This document shows positions 19,896 to 29,640 of a stretch of DNA of 64,000 nucleotides, piece after piece. How positions within the stretch are numbered: the stretch's first letter is position 1; every line of letters starts with the position of its first letter. A program made the position numbers and the translations under genes. The notes beneath the pieces are model-generated. The model searched no databases. It was not told where the DNA came from and saw only the letters and a list, made by a program, of their open reading frames with translations. Source of the DNA: an uncultured Anaerolineales bacterium (GTDB lineage Bacteria > Chloroflexota > Anaerolineae > B4-G1 > SLSP01); NCBI GenBank assembly GCA_964437445.1, contig CAYTGR010000019.1, forward strand, positions 5,502 to 69,501. The letters are read 5' to 3'.

Positions 19896-20482
19896 ATGAA
19901 AGTTTTCGTGTAGCCAAAATGGCAGCTCTCTTAGTCATCGTCACCGGCGCACCTGGGACAGGCAAGACTACGCTGGCCCGGCAAATTGCCGTTGATTTCC
20001 GGCTCCCGCTCATCACCAAGGACGGCATTAAGGAATGTTTGTTTGACCGGCTGGGTTGGAGCGACCGGGAATGGTCGCGGCGGTTAGGTTGGGCCACCCG
20101 GGACCTGATAGACTACTTTGTGGGCGTCCAGCTGGCGGCGGGACGTTCCCTGGTGGTAGAGAGCAACTTCCATTCTCAGAGTGATACCCCCAAGTTTCTG
20201 GCCCTGCGGCAACAATACGACTTTCGCATCTTTCAGATCTGGCTGACGGCCAATCCGATGGTGCTGTTGGAGCGTTTTATCCTGCGTTGGGCCACGGGAG
20301 ACCGCCATCCCGGGCATGTGGATCATCTCGGCCTGGAGGAACTGCAAGCCAGCATCGTCAGTGGTGATTACAGCGTGTTGGACATCGGCGGGGAAGTCTA
20401 TCCGCTGGATATGACCGATTTTACGAAAGTGGACCTGGCTCCCCTCTGGCAGGCTCTGCGCACAGCCCTGCAAGACGAGTAG
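19892..20482 (+). CDS. P-loop NTPase / predicted kinase (AAA_33-like)
   Basis: Walker A VTGAPGTGKTTLARQIA. TTG start overlaps the upstream stop; an alternative ATG at 19919 (MAALLVIV). Confidence 0.55.
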   Translation: MNESFRVAKMAALLVIVTGAPGTGKTTLARQIAVDFRLPLITKDGIKECLFDRLGWSDREWSRRLGWATRDLIDYFVGVQLAAGRSLVVESNFHSQSDTPKFLALRQQYDFRIFQIWLTANPMVLLERFILRWATGDRHPGHVDHLGLEELQASIVSGDYSVLDIGGEVYPLDMTDFTKVDLAPLWQALRTALQDE

Positions 20483-20506
20483 CGTCCGGCTGTCGTGACG
20501 TCTTAA

Positions 20507-20555
20507 GGGGGGATTTTTCGTGGGCGGGTTTGGTTCAGCCACGAAAAATCCCCCT
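20507..20555. terminator. Bidirectional hairpin between convergent genes (16-bp stem GGGGGATTTTTCGTGG / CCACGAAAAATCCCCC, 15-nt loop)
   Basis: Perfect inverted repeat read directly from the sequence. It lies between the end of the plus-strand kinase-like gene (20482) and the end of minus-strand glgP (20615). Confidence 0.6.
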
Positions 20556-20614
20556 CAACAATTTCCGAACGGCCTTCAGGCCGCCAAATGATTGTACCAG
20601 CTGCCGGGCTTACA

Positions 20615-22780
20615 TTACCGGCGTTTCTCCAGCGTGAGTGTGTCGCGCAGGGCCGGCAGATAATATTGCTCGGTGTATTCCTTGACCATGCGCCGTGTGG
20701 AGAACCGGGGGCCTACCGTGCGGATGGATTCTTTCATCATAGCCACCCAACTGCGCGGGATGTCGTCCCGGTCGCGCTGATAGTAGAGCGGCGCTACCTC
20801 TTCCTCCAGTACGCGATAGAGTGCGTTGGCGTCGGCGTTATCCTGCTGCTCCGGATCGTCATATTCCTGGCCGTTTTCTATGGCCCAACCGTTACGGCCA
20901 TTGTAGGCTTCCGCCCACCAACCATCCAGAATGCTCAAGTTGATGCCCCCGTTGATGGCGACTTTCATGCCGCTGGTGCCGCTGGCCTCTTGGGGGCGGC
21001 GGGGCGTGTTCATCCAGATGTCTACCCCCTGGACCAGATAGCGGGCCACGTGCATGTCGTAATCTTCCACAAAGGCGATGCGCCCGCCCATCTCCGGACT
21101 GCGCGCCCAGTTGTAGACTTCCTGGAGCAGCCGCTTGCCCGGTTCATCGGCCGGGTGGGCCTTGCCGGCAAAAATGAACTGCACCGGCCGGTAGCGGTTG
21201 TGGACGAGGGCCCGCAGCCGGTCAATGTCCCGGAAAAGCAAGTAGGCCCGTTTGTAAGTGGCGAAGCGGCGGGCAAAGCCGATCACCAGCGCGTCCGGAT
21301 CCAGGAAAATGCCGGAGGCCAGCAGCTGCTCCGGTGACACTGCCCCGCTGACGCGCGCCAGGCGGGCCCGTTCGCGGATCACTGAGAACATCTTGCGCTT
21401 GAGCGAAACGTGGGCGTCCCACAGCCGCTCGTCCGGCACATCGTCCATCCGCTCCCAGAGTGTCGGATCGTCTTGCCGTTCGATCCAATCGGGCCCCAAA
21501 TAGAGCCGGTAAATCCGGTGCATGGCCTCACCGACCCAGGAGGAAAGGTGAATGCCGTTGGTGACCTGGCCGATGGGAACTTGCGCGACGGGCCGGTCGG
21601 GCCAGATGCTCTGCCACATCCGGCGGGAGACCTCGCCGTGCAGCTGGCTGACGCCGTTGGCGCGACCGGAGAGCTGGAGTGCCAGCGCAGTCATGTTGAA
21701 AGCCGGCCCATAGCTGCCCTCGTGGTTGCCCAGGGCCATGAATTCATCCCGGCTGAGGTTCAGCTGGGGCCAGAAACGGTGGAAGTATTTCTCCATCAGG
21801 CCAAAGGAGAAAGCATCGTGGCCGGCCGGGACAGGCGTGTGGGTCGTGAAAATGGTGCCGGCCCGGACCCGTTCCATGGCTGCCGGGAACGAGAGCCCTT
21901 GGGCAACGTATTCCCGCAACCGTTCCAGCACCATGAACGCGGCGTGCCCTTCGTTGATATGCCAGACGCGGGGCTCCAGCTCCAGCGCGCGCAGCACGCG
22001 GACCCCCCCAATGCCCAGGATGATCTCCTGCTGGATGCGCATCTCCTGGTCGCCCCCGTAGAGCCGGGCGGTCAGTTCCCGGTCCCAGGGGGCGTTCTGC
22101 TCGGTGTCGGAGTCCATCAAGTAAAGCCGCACCCGGCCCACCTGCACCTGCCAGATTTGCAACTGGATGGTGCGATCACCAACTTCCACGGGAACCAGCC
22201 GGCAGCTGTTGTCTGCACACAAGCTGGGACGGAGCGCGACCTCACCCGGGTTCAAGGGATTGTAGATGGCCTCCTGCCAACCGCTATGATCCAGCCGTTG
22301 GTGGAAATATCCTTGCTCGTAGAGGAAGCCCACGGCCACAAACGGCAGTCCCAGATCGCTGGCTTCCTTAGCGTGATCGCCGGAAAGAATGCCCAGGCCG
22401 CCGGAATAAATGGGCAGCGAAATGTGCAGGCCGAATTCAGCCGAAAAATAGGCAATCGTGTAATCTAACAGATCATGGTGGGTGCGCGAAAACCAGAGGT
22501 GCCCATTTTTCAAGTCGCGGTCCATTTCCATCATCACTGCATCGTAAGCGCGCAGGAAGGCCGGGTCTTTGGCCAGTGCCTGCAGCTGCTCAGGCGCCAC
22601 TTCTAAGAGAATGCGAACCGGGTTGTGGCGGGTGGTGCTCCAGAGCGTGCGGTCCACCATCCTGAACAGATCGCGTGCGGAGCGGTGCCAGGACCAGCTC
22701 AGGTTATAAGCCAGTTCTTCCAGGCGGGCGATCCGGAGCGGGAGCTTGTCCCGGATGGTGTTTTGAAGTTCTACATGCAT
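20615..22780 (-). CDS. glgP: Alpha-glucan (glycogen/maltodextrin) phosphorylase, GT35 GlgP family
   Basis: MHVELQNTIRDKLP...LAYNLSWSWH... is the characteristic GlgP-family N-terminus; ~720 aa. GGGAGG lies 5 nt upstream of the ATG at 22780; the ORF track extends to 22819. Confidence 0.85.
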   Translation of the reverse strand: MHVELQNTIRDKLPLRIARLEELAYNLSWSWHRSARDLFRMVDRTLWSTTRHNPVRILLEVAPEQLQALAKDPAFLRAYDAVMMEMDRDLKNGHLWFSRTHHDLLDYTIAYFSAEFGLHISLPIYSGGLGILSGDHAKEASDLGLPFVAVGFLYEQGYFHQRLDHSGWQEAIYNPLNPGEVALRPSLCADNSCRLVPVEVGDRTIQLQIWQVQVGRVRLYLMDSDTEQNAPWDRELTARLYGGDQEMRIQQEIILGIGGVRVLRALELEPRVWHINEGHAAFMVLERLREYVAQGLSFPAAMERVRAGTIFTTHTPVPAGHDAFSFGLMEKYFHRFWPQLNLSRDEFMALGNHEGSYGPAFNMTALALQLSGRANGVSQLHGEVSRRMWQSIWPDRPVAQVPIGQVTNGIHLSSWVGEAMHRIYRLYLGPDWIERQDDPTLWERMDDVPDERLWDAHVSLKRKMFSVIRERARLARVSGAVSPEQLLASGIFLDPDALVIGFARRFATYKRAYLLFRDIDRLRALVHNRYRPVQFIFAGKAHPADEPGKRLLQEVYNWARSPEMGGRIAFVEDYDMHVARYLVQGVDIWMNTPRRPQEASGTSGMKVAINGGINLSILDGWWAEAYNGRNGWAIENGQEYDDPEQQDNADANALYRVLEEEVAPLYYQRDRDDIPRSWVAMMKESIRTVGPRFSTRRMVKEYTEQYYLPALRDTLTLEKRR

Positions 22781-22856
22781 GGTAACCTCCCGATCAATAA
22801 GGGCGGATAAAAAAGACAAATGACCAACTCCCTGGTCATTTGTCTTGCATAACGTT

Positions 22857-23693
22857 TTAGGGTCTGACCCACAGGATGAAAATGAAGATCAACAGGGCCA
22901 GGACGATAAATTCTAACAAAACTCTACGGTCCAGCTTGTTGAGGAGATATTGATAAATGAGGCCGACCTGTAGATATAATCCGATGGTGAGCAAGGTGGC
23001 GGTGGACCAGGCTGAGAGCGGCCAGTAGCTCAGCACCCAGGTAGCTTCCGCTTCCAGAATCCCAATCACGCCGCCAAAGAGCAGCACGGAGCTAGCGGTC
23101 GCACTGCTGGCGCTGAGCAGATCCATGGCCAGTAGCCCGCTCAGCACCAGGACGGCCGGCCCCATAATCAACGCCCGGCCGCCGCTGCCTAAGAGCAAGG
23201 TGAACAGGGCAAACCCCAGCAGATAATCGGTGATGTTGAGCAGGGTGCGGGCCTGGGCGTACCCCGGGTTCTTGGGGGAAAAAGCGCGGTAGGTGAAGTG
23301 GACCAGCCCGCCGATGATCAGCCCGCTCAGGATCAGGGCCCCCAACCAGAGCGGCCACGAGGTCGCCCGGATCAGCAAAAGCGAGGCTAAAAGCGCGCCC
23401 AGCGTGGGAGCGATGAGGGAAAAGCCTAACCGCCGTTCGCGCTGTCCCTGAACCGGCGAGGCCCGCAGCAGCGCAAAGGTGCCGGTGGCTACCAGGCCCA
23501 TCATCAGCGCGGCCAATAACCAGTCACCGCCGATAGAGAAGCCCAGCGCCGAGCCAAAAATCCGCCGGGCGCTCCAATTGACTGTGGGCAGTTCCACAAA
23601 GCGCAGCAGGGTGGCGCTGCTGAGGGTCACGGCCAGCAAGATGCTGAGCCGGTCCCGCTCCAGCGGTTGGGTCTCCTGGGGTTCGGTGATCAT
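22857..23693 (-). CDS. Hypothetical polytopic membrane protein
   Basis: Eight or more hydrophobic helices. Start chosen at MITEPQETQPLERDRLS (ATG at 23693); the track ORF begins at 23789. Confidence 0.4.
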   Translation of the reverse strand: MITEPQETQPLERDRLSILLAVTLSSATLLRFVELPTVNWSARRIFGSALGFSIGGDWLLAALMMGLVATGTFALLRASPVQGQRERRLGFSLIAPTLGALLASLLLIRATSWPLWLGALILSGLIIGGLVHFTYRAFSPKNPGYAQARTLLNITDYLLGFALFTLLLGSGGRALIMGPAVLVLSGLLAMDLLSASSATASSVLLFGGVIGILEAEATWVLSYWPLSAWSTATLLTIGLYLQVGLIYQYLLNKLDRRVLLEFIVLALLIFIFILWVRP

Positions 23694-23870
23694 CAATGGG
23701 CAAGCTCCAACACAAGGGGGTATTGTAACGCGGTGATGGGATTTGTCAATGCCGGTTTGACTGGGCGGCCCGCAGGCGGCTTGAGGCAAAACGAGAGGGG
23801 GCGCTGATGAGAAACCGGACGGTTTCTCCAGCGCCCCCTGAGCTGGTCAGTTAGAGCGGGTTGGGTAGAG

Positions 23871-24053
23871 CTACTTGTGCGGAATGACGAGCCACAAGAT
23901 GAAGTAGGGCAGCAGGCCGGGCAACCCGCCGGGGATCAGCAGAATCAAGAACAACAGCCGGAACCAGAAGACGTTGATCCCGAAAAATTCCGCTAACCCA
24001 CCACACACACCCGCCACCATGCCGTTTTGTCGCCTGAGTGGATGTCCTGCCAT
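23871..24053 (-). CDS. PspC-domain (phage shock protein C-like) small membrane protein
   Basis: MAGHPLRRQNGMVAGVCGGLAEFFGINVFWFRLLFLILLIPGGLPGLLPYFILWLVIP matches the PspC domain consensus (GVCGGLAEYFG...R..F). Confidence 0.6.
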   Translation of the reverse strand: MAGHPLRRQNGMVAGVCGGLAEFFGINVFWFRLLFLILLIPGGLPGLLPYFILWLVIPHK

Positions 24054-24149
24054 TTTATTCACCATCCTTTCTGAAAGCCTGTGTTGTGTGGCTTTCACCA
24101 TGATATTACGCAGGCTTAGAGTGGAAAGTTGCATGGCGGCGGCAGGCTT

Positions 24150-25145
24150 TTAGTAGCGTAACGGATTCCCTAACGTGCGGGCAGAACGGCCCCGTCCGGC
24201 CCAGGGATCTTCGGTGGTGGTGCTGCGCTTGATGGCGCGCACCCGCCCCCAACGGTCGGCATCCACCAGCCAGATGGTCTCTTCCGGTACCACTTCGCAG
24301 GGAGCCGTTTCTTCGGTCGGAGTGGGCTTACGCGGTTTGAGCCAGATCCGGATACCACCGTCGGCGGGGTTGCGGACGACCTGCAGCACGTCAAAGCGCT
24401 CCAGGCTGCCCGGCCGGGACGGCTCAATGGCCTGGCTCTCGCCATCTTTGATGCTTTTGCCGGCGGTGCGCAAAACTACCTCCAGCAGGCGGTCAGTGTG
24501 GACGAAGAGGGGTTGCGGCACCCGTTCATCCAGCGCGTCCAGGTAGTTTTGGATGGCAAACATGGTTAGACCGATGGTCAGACCGATGAACCCCAGGACA
24601 TAGGGCAGGGTCAGGGCTAGCTTTTCCAGCATGGTGTGCGGGTCTTTCAAGATCTCGGCGTAGAGGACGAGCCAAAGCACCAGCAGAATGATCCCTGCAA
24701 AGAGGGAAGCCAGGATGATCACTAACATGGGCGGGTTATTCTCGCGGTAGATCTGGGCGGCCCAGAAGCGCTCGCGCCAGAAGAGCCGCTTGATGTACAG
24801 GACGCGGAACAGGATGAGCGAGGCGGCGACCCCCATCCCTGTGCTGAGCAAGTTGAACAGGTGGTAACCCCGCCAGGCAATCACCCATAACCAGGTGCCG
24901 AGCATCAGCAGCGGGGGCAACAGGCCGAAAAATCCGCCCCGCAGGATGAATTGCAGCATCGTCAACTGCTCTTTTTCCCAGGCGCTCACATCGCTGTAAC
25001 AGCGGGGGCAGAGCCGCTGGCCGCTGGTTTCCGCGCCGCAATGGTGACAGAGGTTGAGGCTCCGCCCCCCCAGCGGGTTATGGCAGGCCGGGCACAACGT
25101 CTCCGACGGATTGTATTCTCCCCGACAGGTCCGGCAGATAGGCAT
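24150..25145 (-). CDS. Membrane protein with N-terminal double zinc ribbon, four TM helices and a C-terminal soluble domain
   Basis: CRTC...CPAC...CHHC...CPRC gives four CxxC pairs in the first 50 aa, followed by hydrophobic helices. Confidence 0.5.
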   Translation of the reverse strand: MPICRTCRGEYNPSETLCPACHNPLGGRSLNLCHHCGAETSGQRLCPRCYSDVSAWEKEQLTMLQFILRGGFFGLLPPLLMLGTWLWVIAWRGYHLFNLLSTGMGVAASLILFRVLYIKRLFWRERFWAAQIYRENNPPMLVIILASLFAGIILLVLWLVLYAEILKDPHTMLEKLALTLPYVLGFIGLTIGLTMFAIQNYLDALDERVPQPLFVHTDRLLEVVLRTAGKSIKDGESQAIEPSRPGSLERFDVLQVVRNPADGGIRIWLKPRKPTPTEETAPCEVVPEETIWLVDADRWGRVRAIKRSTTTEDPWAGRGRSARTLGNPLRY

Positions 25146-25163
25146 AGATCTCCTAACGGGTCA

Positions 25164-27080
25164 TTACAAGGCTTTGAGCCGGGTCTCCACCTCGCGCTGG
25201 AGCTGCTCGTTCTCGGCCTTGAGCGCGATTTCCCGGGCCGCCAACGCTTTGAGCTGCTCCTCGGTGGCCTCCAACTGCTCCACATAGCGCACCCGCATCG
25301 CGCCTTCCTTGCCGGTCTGGCCGAGCGCGCCCATGTTTCCCTGGATTTGCTGTTGGGCTTTGTAGATTTTTTCCCGTTCTTGATCCAGCCCGGCCAGCGT
25401 GCGCTCGTTCTCGGCGATTTTCTCCCAGAGCTTCAAAATGGCCGTCACCTGATCGTAGACGGTTTGATTCAGCAGCCCCTGGTTTAAGTACTGCATCAGG
25501 TTGGTATAAGATTGGCGCTGCAGCTGGTCTCGGCGGGTGACCAGCCGCCGTTCCTGGACCCGCAAAGTGGTCTCACCGCGTGCCGGCACCGCAACCTCAA
25601 AGCGCAGGTGTTCGTCGGTGCGCTCGGCCGGCGCTGGCGTCTCAAAGAGATCGTAGTTCGCCTGGCGTGGATGCTCAATCAGTACCTTGACCACTTCGCC
25701 GGTGCGGTTGGTCAGCCGGTACTCCCGCCAGCGCATGTCCCATTCCTCAAAGTGCAGGTAAGCGCCTTTGAACTGCAGCCGCCGGATCTCGCGGCTGCTG
25801 CCGCTTTCTTCGCTGACTTTCAGCCCCAATTCCACGGCATAGGGCACCACAATCTCGCCACCGATGACGGTGAAGGGCAGGATCGCCTCGCCCACGTACT
25901 CCCCGCCGTCCAGGACGGTGACGGGGCCTCGCTCTAAGGTCAGGCCCGTTTCGTTTTTCAGGCGCAGCGTCGCCACGGGGTGGGCAGCCAGCTTGCTGCC
26001 GTTGTAGAGCAGATCCTTGCGGTATTTCAGCCCGGCGGAGACGATGGGCACCATTGCCGACTGGCCGCGTCCTACCGTCACCGGTGTGCCGATGACATAC
26101 TGAAACAGTTCACCCAGCGCTTCCCCTTTGGCTGTGACTTGCGTGGCCTCGGCCATCTCTTCCAGGTAGAAGTCCGCCTCAGGGGGCGCTGCCATGCTGC
26201 GCATTGTATCCATCATGTCCATCGTCGGGGCCGACAGATACTGAGGCATAACTTCCGCAAATTCTACCGGGCCAGCGGCGACCCGCTGTTCCTCTTTCAC
26301 CTCGGGTCGCTTTGGCGTGAACGGTGTGTAGAGGTCGTAGATGAACGAGATCGGCATCCCGGCCACCAGGGAGAGCGCGATGCCCTGGAGGTCCTCCTCT
26401 AAGCGATTGTCAAAGATGCCCCAGCCCAGGAGCAGGGCGCGAGGCCCGCCTTGGGCCTGGGCGTCCAGGACCAGGCGATAGCTGACCCGCCAGGTTGGGG
26501 CGGGAGCGATGTAGCTCACCAGCAGGTCGTGCTCGCCGGGCGTCAGCCGGATCGTGACCTGGCGATAGGTCTCCTGGCCGAGCGCCGTCTCCAGGAAAAA
26601 GCGGAGGTCGGCAGCCCCTTGCTCATCCAGAATCTCCACGCCCAACACCCGGCCCAGCGGGACCGCCTGGACGTGGGCGGTTTTGTCCAACAGGAGCGAG
26701 ACCAGCGCGGTGGCGAGGGGTTGCCGGTCGGGCAATTCGTCCAGGCCCAACAGCTGCCCGGTGGCCTGCTCTTCCTGATCCAGGTGCAGCGTAACCCGCC
26801 GGCCGCGCAGGTTGGCCAGCAGATCGCGCCAGCTGCGGGTGTCGTCCAACCGGATGGTGCAGCCCGCCAGCCGTTCCTCCCGGCTTTGCGGCGTGGCGTA
26901 GTCAATGCCCAACACCTGCCCGCCGCCCAGATCCAGCGCGGTCAGGCTTTTAAGGATATCGTTCATTTCTTCCACCCGGAAGGCCAGCTGGACTTCTTCG
27001 CCACTCAACCGGGTCCGGCGCTCAAAAAAGCCGACGCCATGTTTGTACAACGTCATGTGAGTAATCGGTAGGATGGTCAC
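25164..27080 (-). CDS. DUF4139/DUF4140-like protein (mucoidy-inhibitor MuiA-like family) with C-terminal coiled coil
   Basis: GTG start at 27080 preceded by AAAGGAG at 6-nt spacing. An N-terminal beta-rich region is followed by a long coiled coil (EQLKALAAREIALKAENEQLQREVETRLKAL). Family call is from memory of DUF4139 architecture. Confidence 0.5.
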   Translation of the reverse strand: MTILPITHMTLYKHGVGFFERRTRLSGEEVQLAFRVEEMNDILKSLTALDLGGGQVLGIDYATPQSREERLAGCTIRLDDTRSWRDLLANLRGRRVTLHLDQEEQATGQLLGLDELPDRQPLATALVSLLLDKTAHVQAVPLGRVLGVEILDEQGAADLRFFLETALGQETYRQVTIRLTPGEHDLLVSYIAPAPTWRVSYRLVLDAQAQGGPRALLLGWGIFDNRLEEDLQGIALSLVAGMPISFIYDLYTPFTPKRPEVKEEQRVAAGPVEFAEVMPQYLSAPTMDMMDTMRSMAAPPEADFYLEEMAEATQVTAKGEALGELFQYVIGTPVTVGRGQSAMVPIVSAGLKYRKDLLYNGSKLAAHPVATLRLKNETGLTLERGPVTVLDGGEYVGEAILPFTVIGGEIVVPYAVELGLKVSEESGSSREIRRLQFKGAYLHFEEWDMRWREYRLTNRTGEVVKVLIEHPRQANYDLFETPAPAERTDEHLRFEVAVPARGETTLRVQERRLVTRRDQLQRQSYTNLMQYLNQGLLNQTVYDQVTAILKLWEKIAENERTLAGLDQEREKIYKAQQQIQGNMGALGQTGKEGAMRVRYVEQLEATEEQLKALAAREIALKAENEQLQREVETRLKAL

Positions 27081-27180
27081 TGGTGCTCCTTTCAAGTTAA
27101 AGTAGGGCGGTTTTTTCTGCCAGGTTCACTTTGTTCCGGTTCGGAGGTTACAATTTCAGTATAGGTAAATTGAGGGAGAA

Positions 27181-27194
27181 GTCAACCGGTTGAC
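27181..27194. promoter_or_regulatory. Perfect 14-bp palindrome GTCAACCGGTTGAC in the divergent intergenic region between the DUF4139 gene and fumC
   Basis: Read directly from the sequence. A related half-palindrome TTAACCGGTTGAA occurs at 29616..29628 upstream of the DUF427 gene. Confidence 0.35.
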
Positions 27195-27444
27195 AGCTTC
27201 CTTGACTGTGCCACAATGGGGCAAAGAGTTAGGAGTAAAGAGTAGGAATAATGAAGGGTGTGGCATGTCAAAATCTTGGCCGGTCGTTGATGCGTTGATT
27301 ATTGTTGGGGGAATCCAACATGAACCGGCATCCATCAGCGGTGGGATGAAAACAGGCTTGTAGTCAAGCGCTTCAGCGCGGCTCAGACGGCGCTAAAGCG
27401 CCTCACTACAAACTCAGCGCGTTATTTTCGGAGGAGGATCAGGT

Positions 27445-28845
27445 ATGCGGGTAGAGCGTGATTCCATGGGTGAGGTCAGCCTTCCCGACGAGGCGCTATG
27501 GGGGGCGCAGACCCAGCGGGCGCTGGAGAATTTCCAGCTTTCCGGCTGGCGGTTTGGGCGGCGGTTCATCGCCGCGTTGGGGCAGGTGAAGCGGGCCGCG
27601 GCGCTGGCCAACGGCGAATTGGGGTTGCTGGAGCCAGACGTGAGAGACGTGATCGTCGCCGCCTGTGATGAGGTGATCGCCGGCACGTGGGACGCGCAGT
27701 TCCCGTTAGATGTCTTTCAGACCGGTTCCGGCACCTCCACCAACATGAACGCCAACGAGGTCATTGCCAATCGTGCTATTCAACGGTTGGGCGGGACGGT
27801 CGGCAGCAAGCAGGTCCACCCCAACGACCATGTCAACCTCAGCCAGTCCAGCAACGACGTCATTCCTACCGCGATGCACATCGCGGTGACGCTGGCGTTG
27901 CGCGACGCGCTGATCCCGGCTCTGGTCGCGTTGCAGGCTGCGCTGTTGGAGAAGGCGCAGGCCTGGGACCGGATCATCAAGACCGGGCGGACGCATTTGC
28001 AGGACGCCACCCCGATCCGGCTGGGCCAGGAATTCGGCGGCTACGCCGCGCAAGTGCAGCACGCCATTGAACGGGCGCTGGTGGCGACCGGAGCACTTTG
28101 CGAGCTGCCGTTAGGTGGGACGGCCGTTGGTACCGGCCTCAACTGTCCGGTGGGGTTCCCGGCGCGGGCGCTGGCCCACCTGAACGCGGCCCTTGGCACC
28201 GAGTTTTTGGAGGCGACCGATCACATAGAGGCCAACGCTACCTGTGATGCCCTGGTAGAGGCTGCGGGCGAGCTCAAGACGATCGCCGTCAGCCTCACCA
28301 AGATCGCTAACGACATTCGCTGGCTCGGTTCCGGTCCACGCAACGGATTGGGGGAGCTGCGCCTGCCGGCCGTGCAACCGGGATCGTCCATCATGCCGGG
28401 CAAAGTCAACCCCGTGATGGCCGAGGCGTTGATCATGGCCGCTGCACAGGTGATTGCCAACGAGCTGGCGATCACGTTAGGCGGGCTGGGGAGCATTTTA
28501 GAGCTCAATGTGATGATGCCGCTTATCGCTCACAATCTGCTGACCGGCATTGAGCTGCTGGCAAATGCTGTGCGGGCTTTCACTGAACGGTGTGTGAGGG
28601 GGCTGGAGGCCGATGAGCGTCGCTGCCGGGAGACAGTGGAACGCAACCTGGCGCTGGCGACCGCGCTCGTGCCGGCCATTGGTTACGACCGGGCCGCCGC
28701 GCTCAGCCAGGAGGCCTATCGCAGCGGGCGCACCGTCCGCGAGGTGGCCTTAGCGTGGCAGGTGCTCCCGCCCGAGGAACTGGAGGCGCTGCTGGACCCC
28801 TGGCGGATGACGGAACCGGGGGGGAGTGGCGGTGCCGGCGGGTGA
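27445..28845 (+). CDS. fumC: Fumarate hydratase class II
   Basis: MRVERDSMGEV...LWGAQTQRALENF, QTGSGTSTNMNANEVIANRA, HPNDHVNLSQSSNDVIPTAMH and the GSSIMPGKVNP signature. GGAGGAGG RBS. Confidence 0.9.
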   Translation: MRVERDSMGEVSLPDEALWGAQTQRALENFQLSGWRFGRRFIAALGQVKRAAALANGELGLLEPDVRDVIVAACDEVIAGTWDAQFPLDVFQTGSGTSTNMNANEVIANRAIQRLGGTVGSKQVHPNDHVNLSQSSNDVIPTAMHIAVTLALRDALIPALVALQAALLEKAQAWDRIIKTGRTHLQDATPIRLGQEFGGYAAQVQHAIERALVATGALCELPLGGTAVGTGLNCPVGFPARALAHLNAALGTEFLEATDHIEANATCDALVEAAGELKTIAVSLTKIANDIRWLGSGPRNGLGELRLPAVQPGSSIMPGKVNPVMAEALIMAAAQVIANELAITLGGLGSILELNVMMPLIAHNLLTGIELLANAVRAFTERCVRGLEADERRCRETVERNLALATALVPAIGYDRAAALSQEAYRSGRTVREVALAWQVLPPEELEALLDPWRMTEPGGSGGAGG

Positions 28846-28903
28846 GACGGCGCAGGTGGTATGGTCCCATGATGCTAATGCATAGACACGAGCGGCAAAT
28901 AGC

Positions 28904-29569
28904 GTGAATCCCATGACCGACTTCAAAGGTAATCTGTTGGTAGTTGACGATAAACCGGCGAACCTGCGCTTGCTGAGCCGGATCCTGGCCGGGGAGGGGT
29001 ATAAGGTGCAGCCGGCGTTGAACGGTCAGCAGGCATTGAGTACAGCGTATACGGAGCCACCTGATCTGATTCTGTTGGACTTGATGATGCCTGAGATGGA
29101 TGGGTATACGGTGGCAGCGCAACTCAAGGCCGACCCCCGCACTCAAGAAATCCCCATCATTTTTATCAGTGCTTTAGATGCAGTAGATAGTATCGTCCAG
29201 GCTTTTGCGGCCGGCGGGGTAGATTATATCCTCAAGCCGTTTCGGCCGGCGGAAGTGCTGGCGCGGGTCCAAACACACCTGGCCTTGCGGGCGTTGCAGC
29301 GTGAATTACAGCAGATCAATCTGGAACTGGCACATCGTAACGCCGAACTGGAAATCCGCAACGCTGAGCTGCAAGAAGCCTTGACGGCCATCAAGACGTT
29401 GAGCGGCATCATCCCTATCTGTGCCTGGTGCGGCCGCAAAATCCAGAATGAACAGGGGCAATGGGTGCCGGTTGAAACCTACCTTGAAGGTCACACCCAG
29501 GTGGCTTTTACCCATGGCATTTGCCCGGAGTGCAGCCAGAGATTCCTTTTGGGCCGTACTCCCCGGTGA
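28904..29569 (+). CDS. Response regulator: receiver domain, coiled-coil linker, C-terminal Cys/His-rich putative zinc-binding domain
   Basis: LLVVDDKPANL...LILLDLMMPEMDG...KPF receiver. C-terminus is IPICAWCGRKIQNEQGQWVPVETYLEGHTQVAFTHGICPECSQRF. Confidence 0.7.
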   Translation: MNPMTDFKGNLLVVDDKPANLRLLSRILAGEGYKVQPALNGQQALSTAYTEPPDLILLDLMMPEMDGYTVAAQLKADPRTQEIPIIFISALDAVDSIVQAFAAGGVDYILKPFRPAEVLARVQTHLALRALQRELQQINLELAHRNAELEIRNAELQEALTAIKTLSGIIPICAWCGRKIQNEQGQWVPVETYLEGHTQVAFTHGICPECSQRFLLGRTPR

Positions 29570-29640
29570 TTGGGGGTTTACAAAACCATAATTATCATAT
29601 AAAATTATACTAAATTAACCGGTTGAAAGGAGTATGAGCC

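Noticed and set aside
20588-22468. Plus-strand ORFs of 249 and 352 aa
   Set aside because: Antisense to the well-supported glgP gene.
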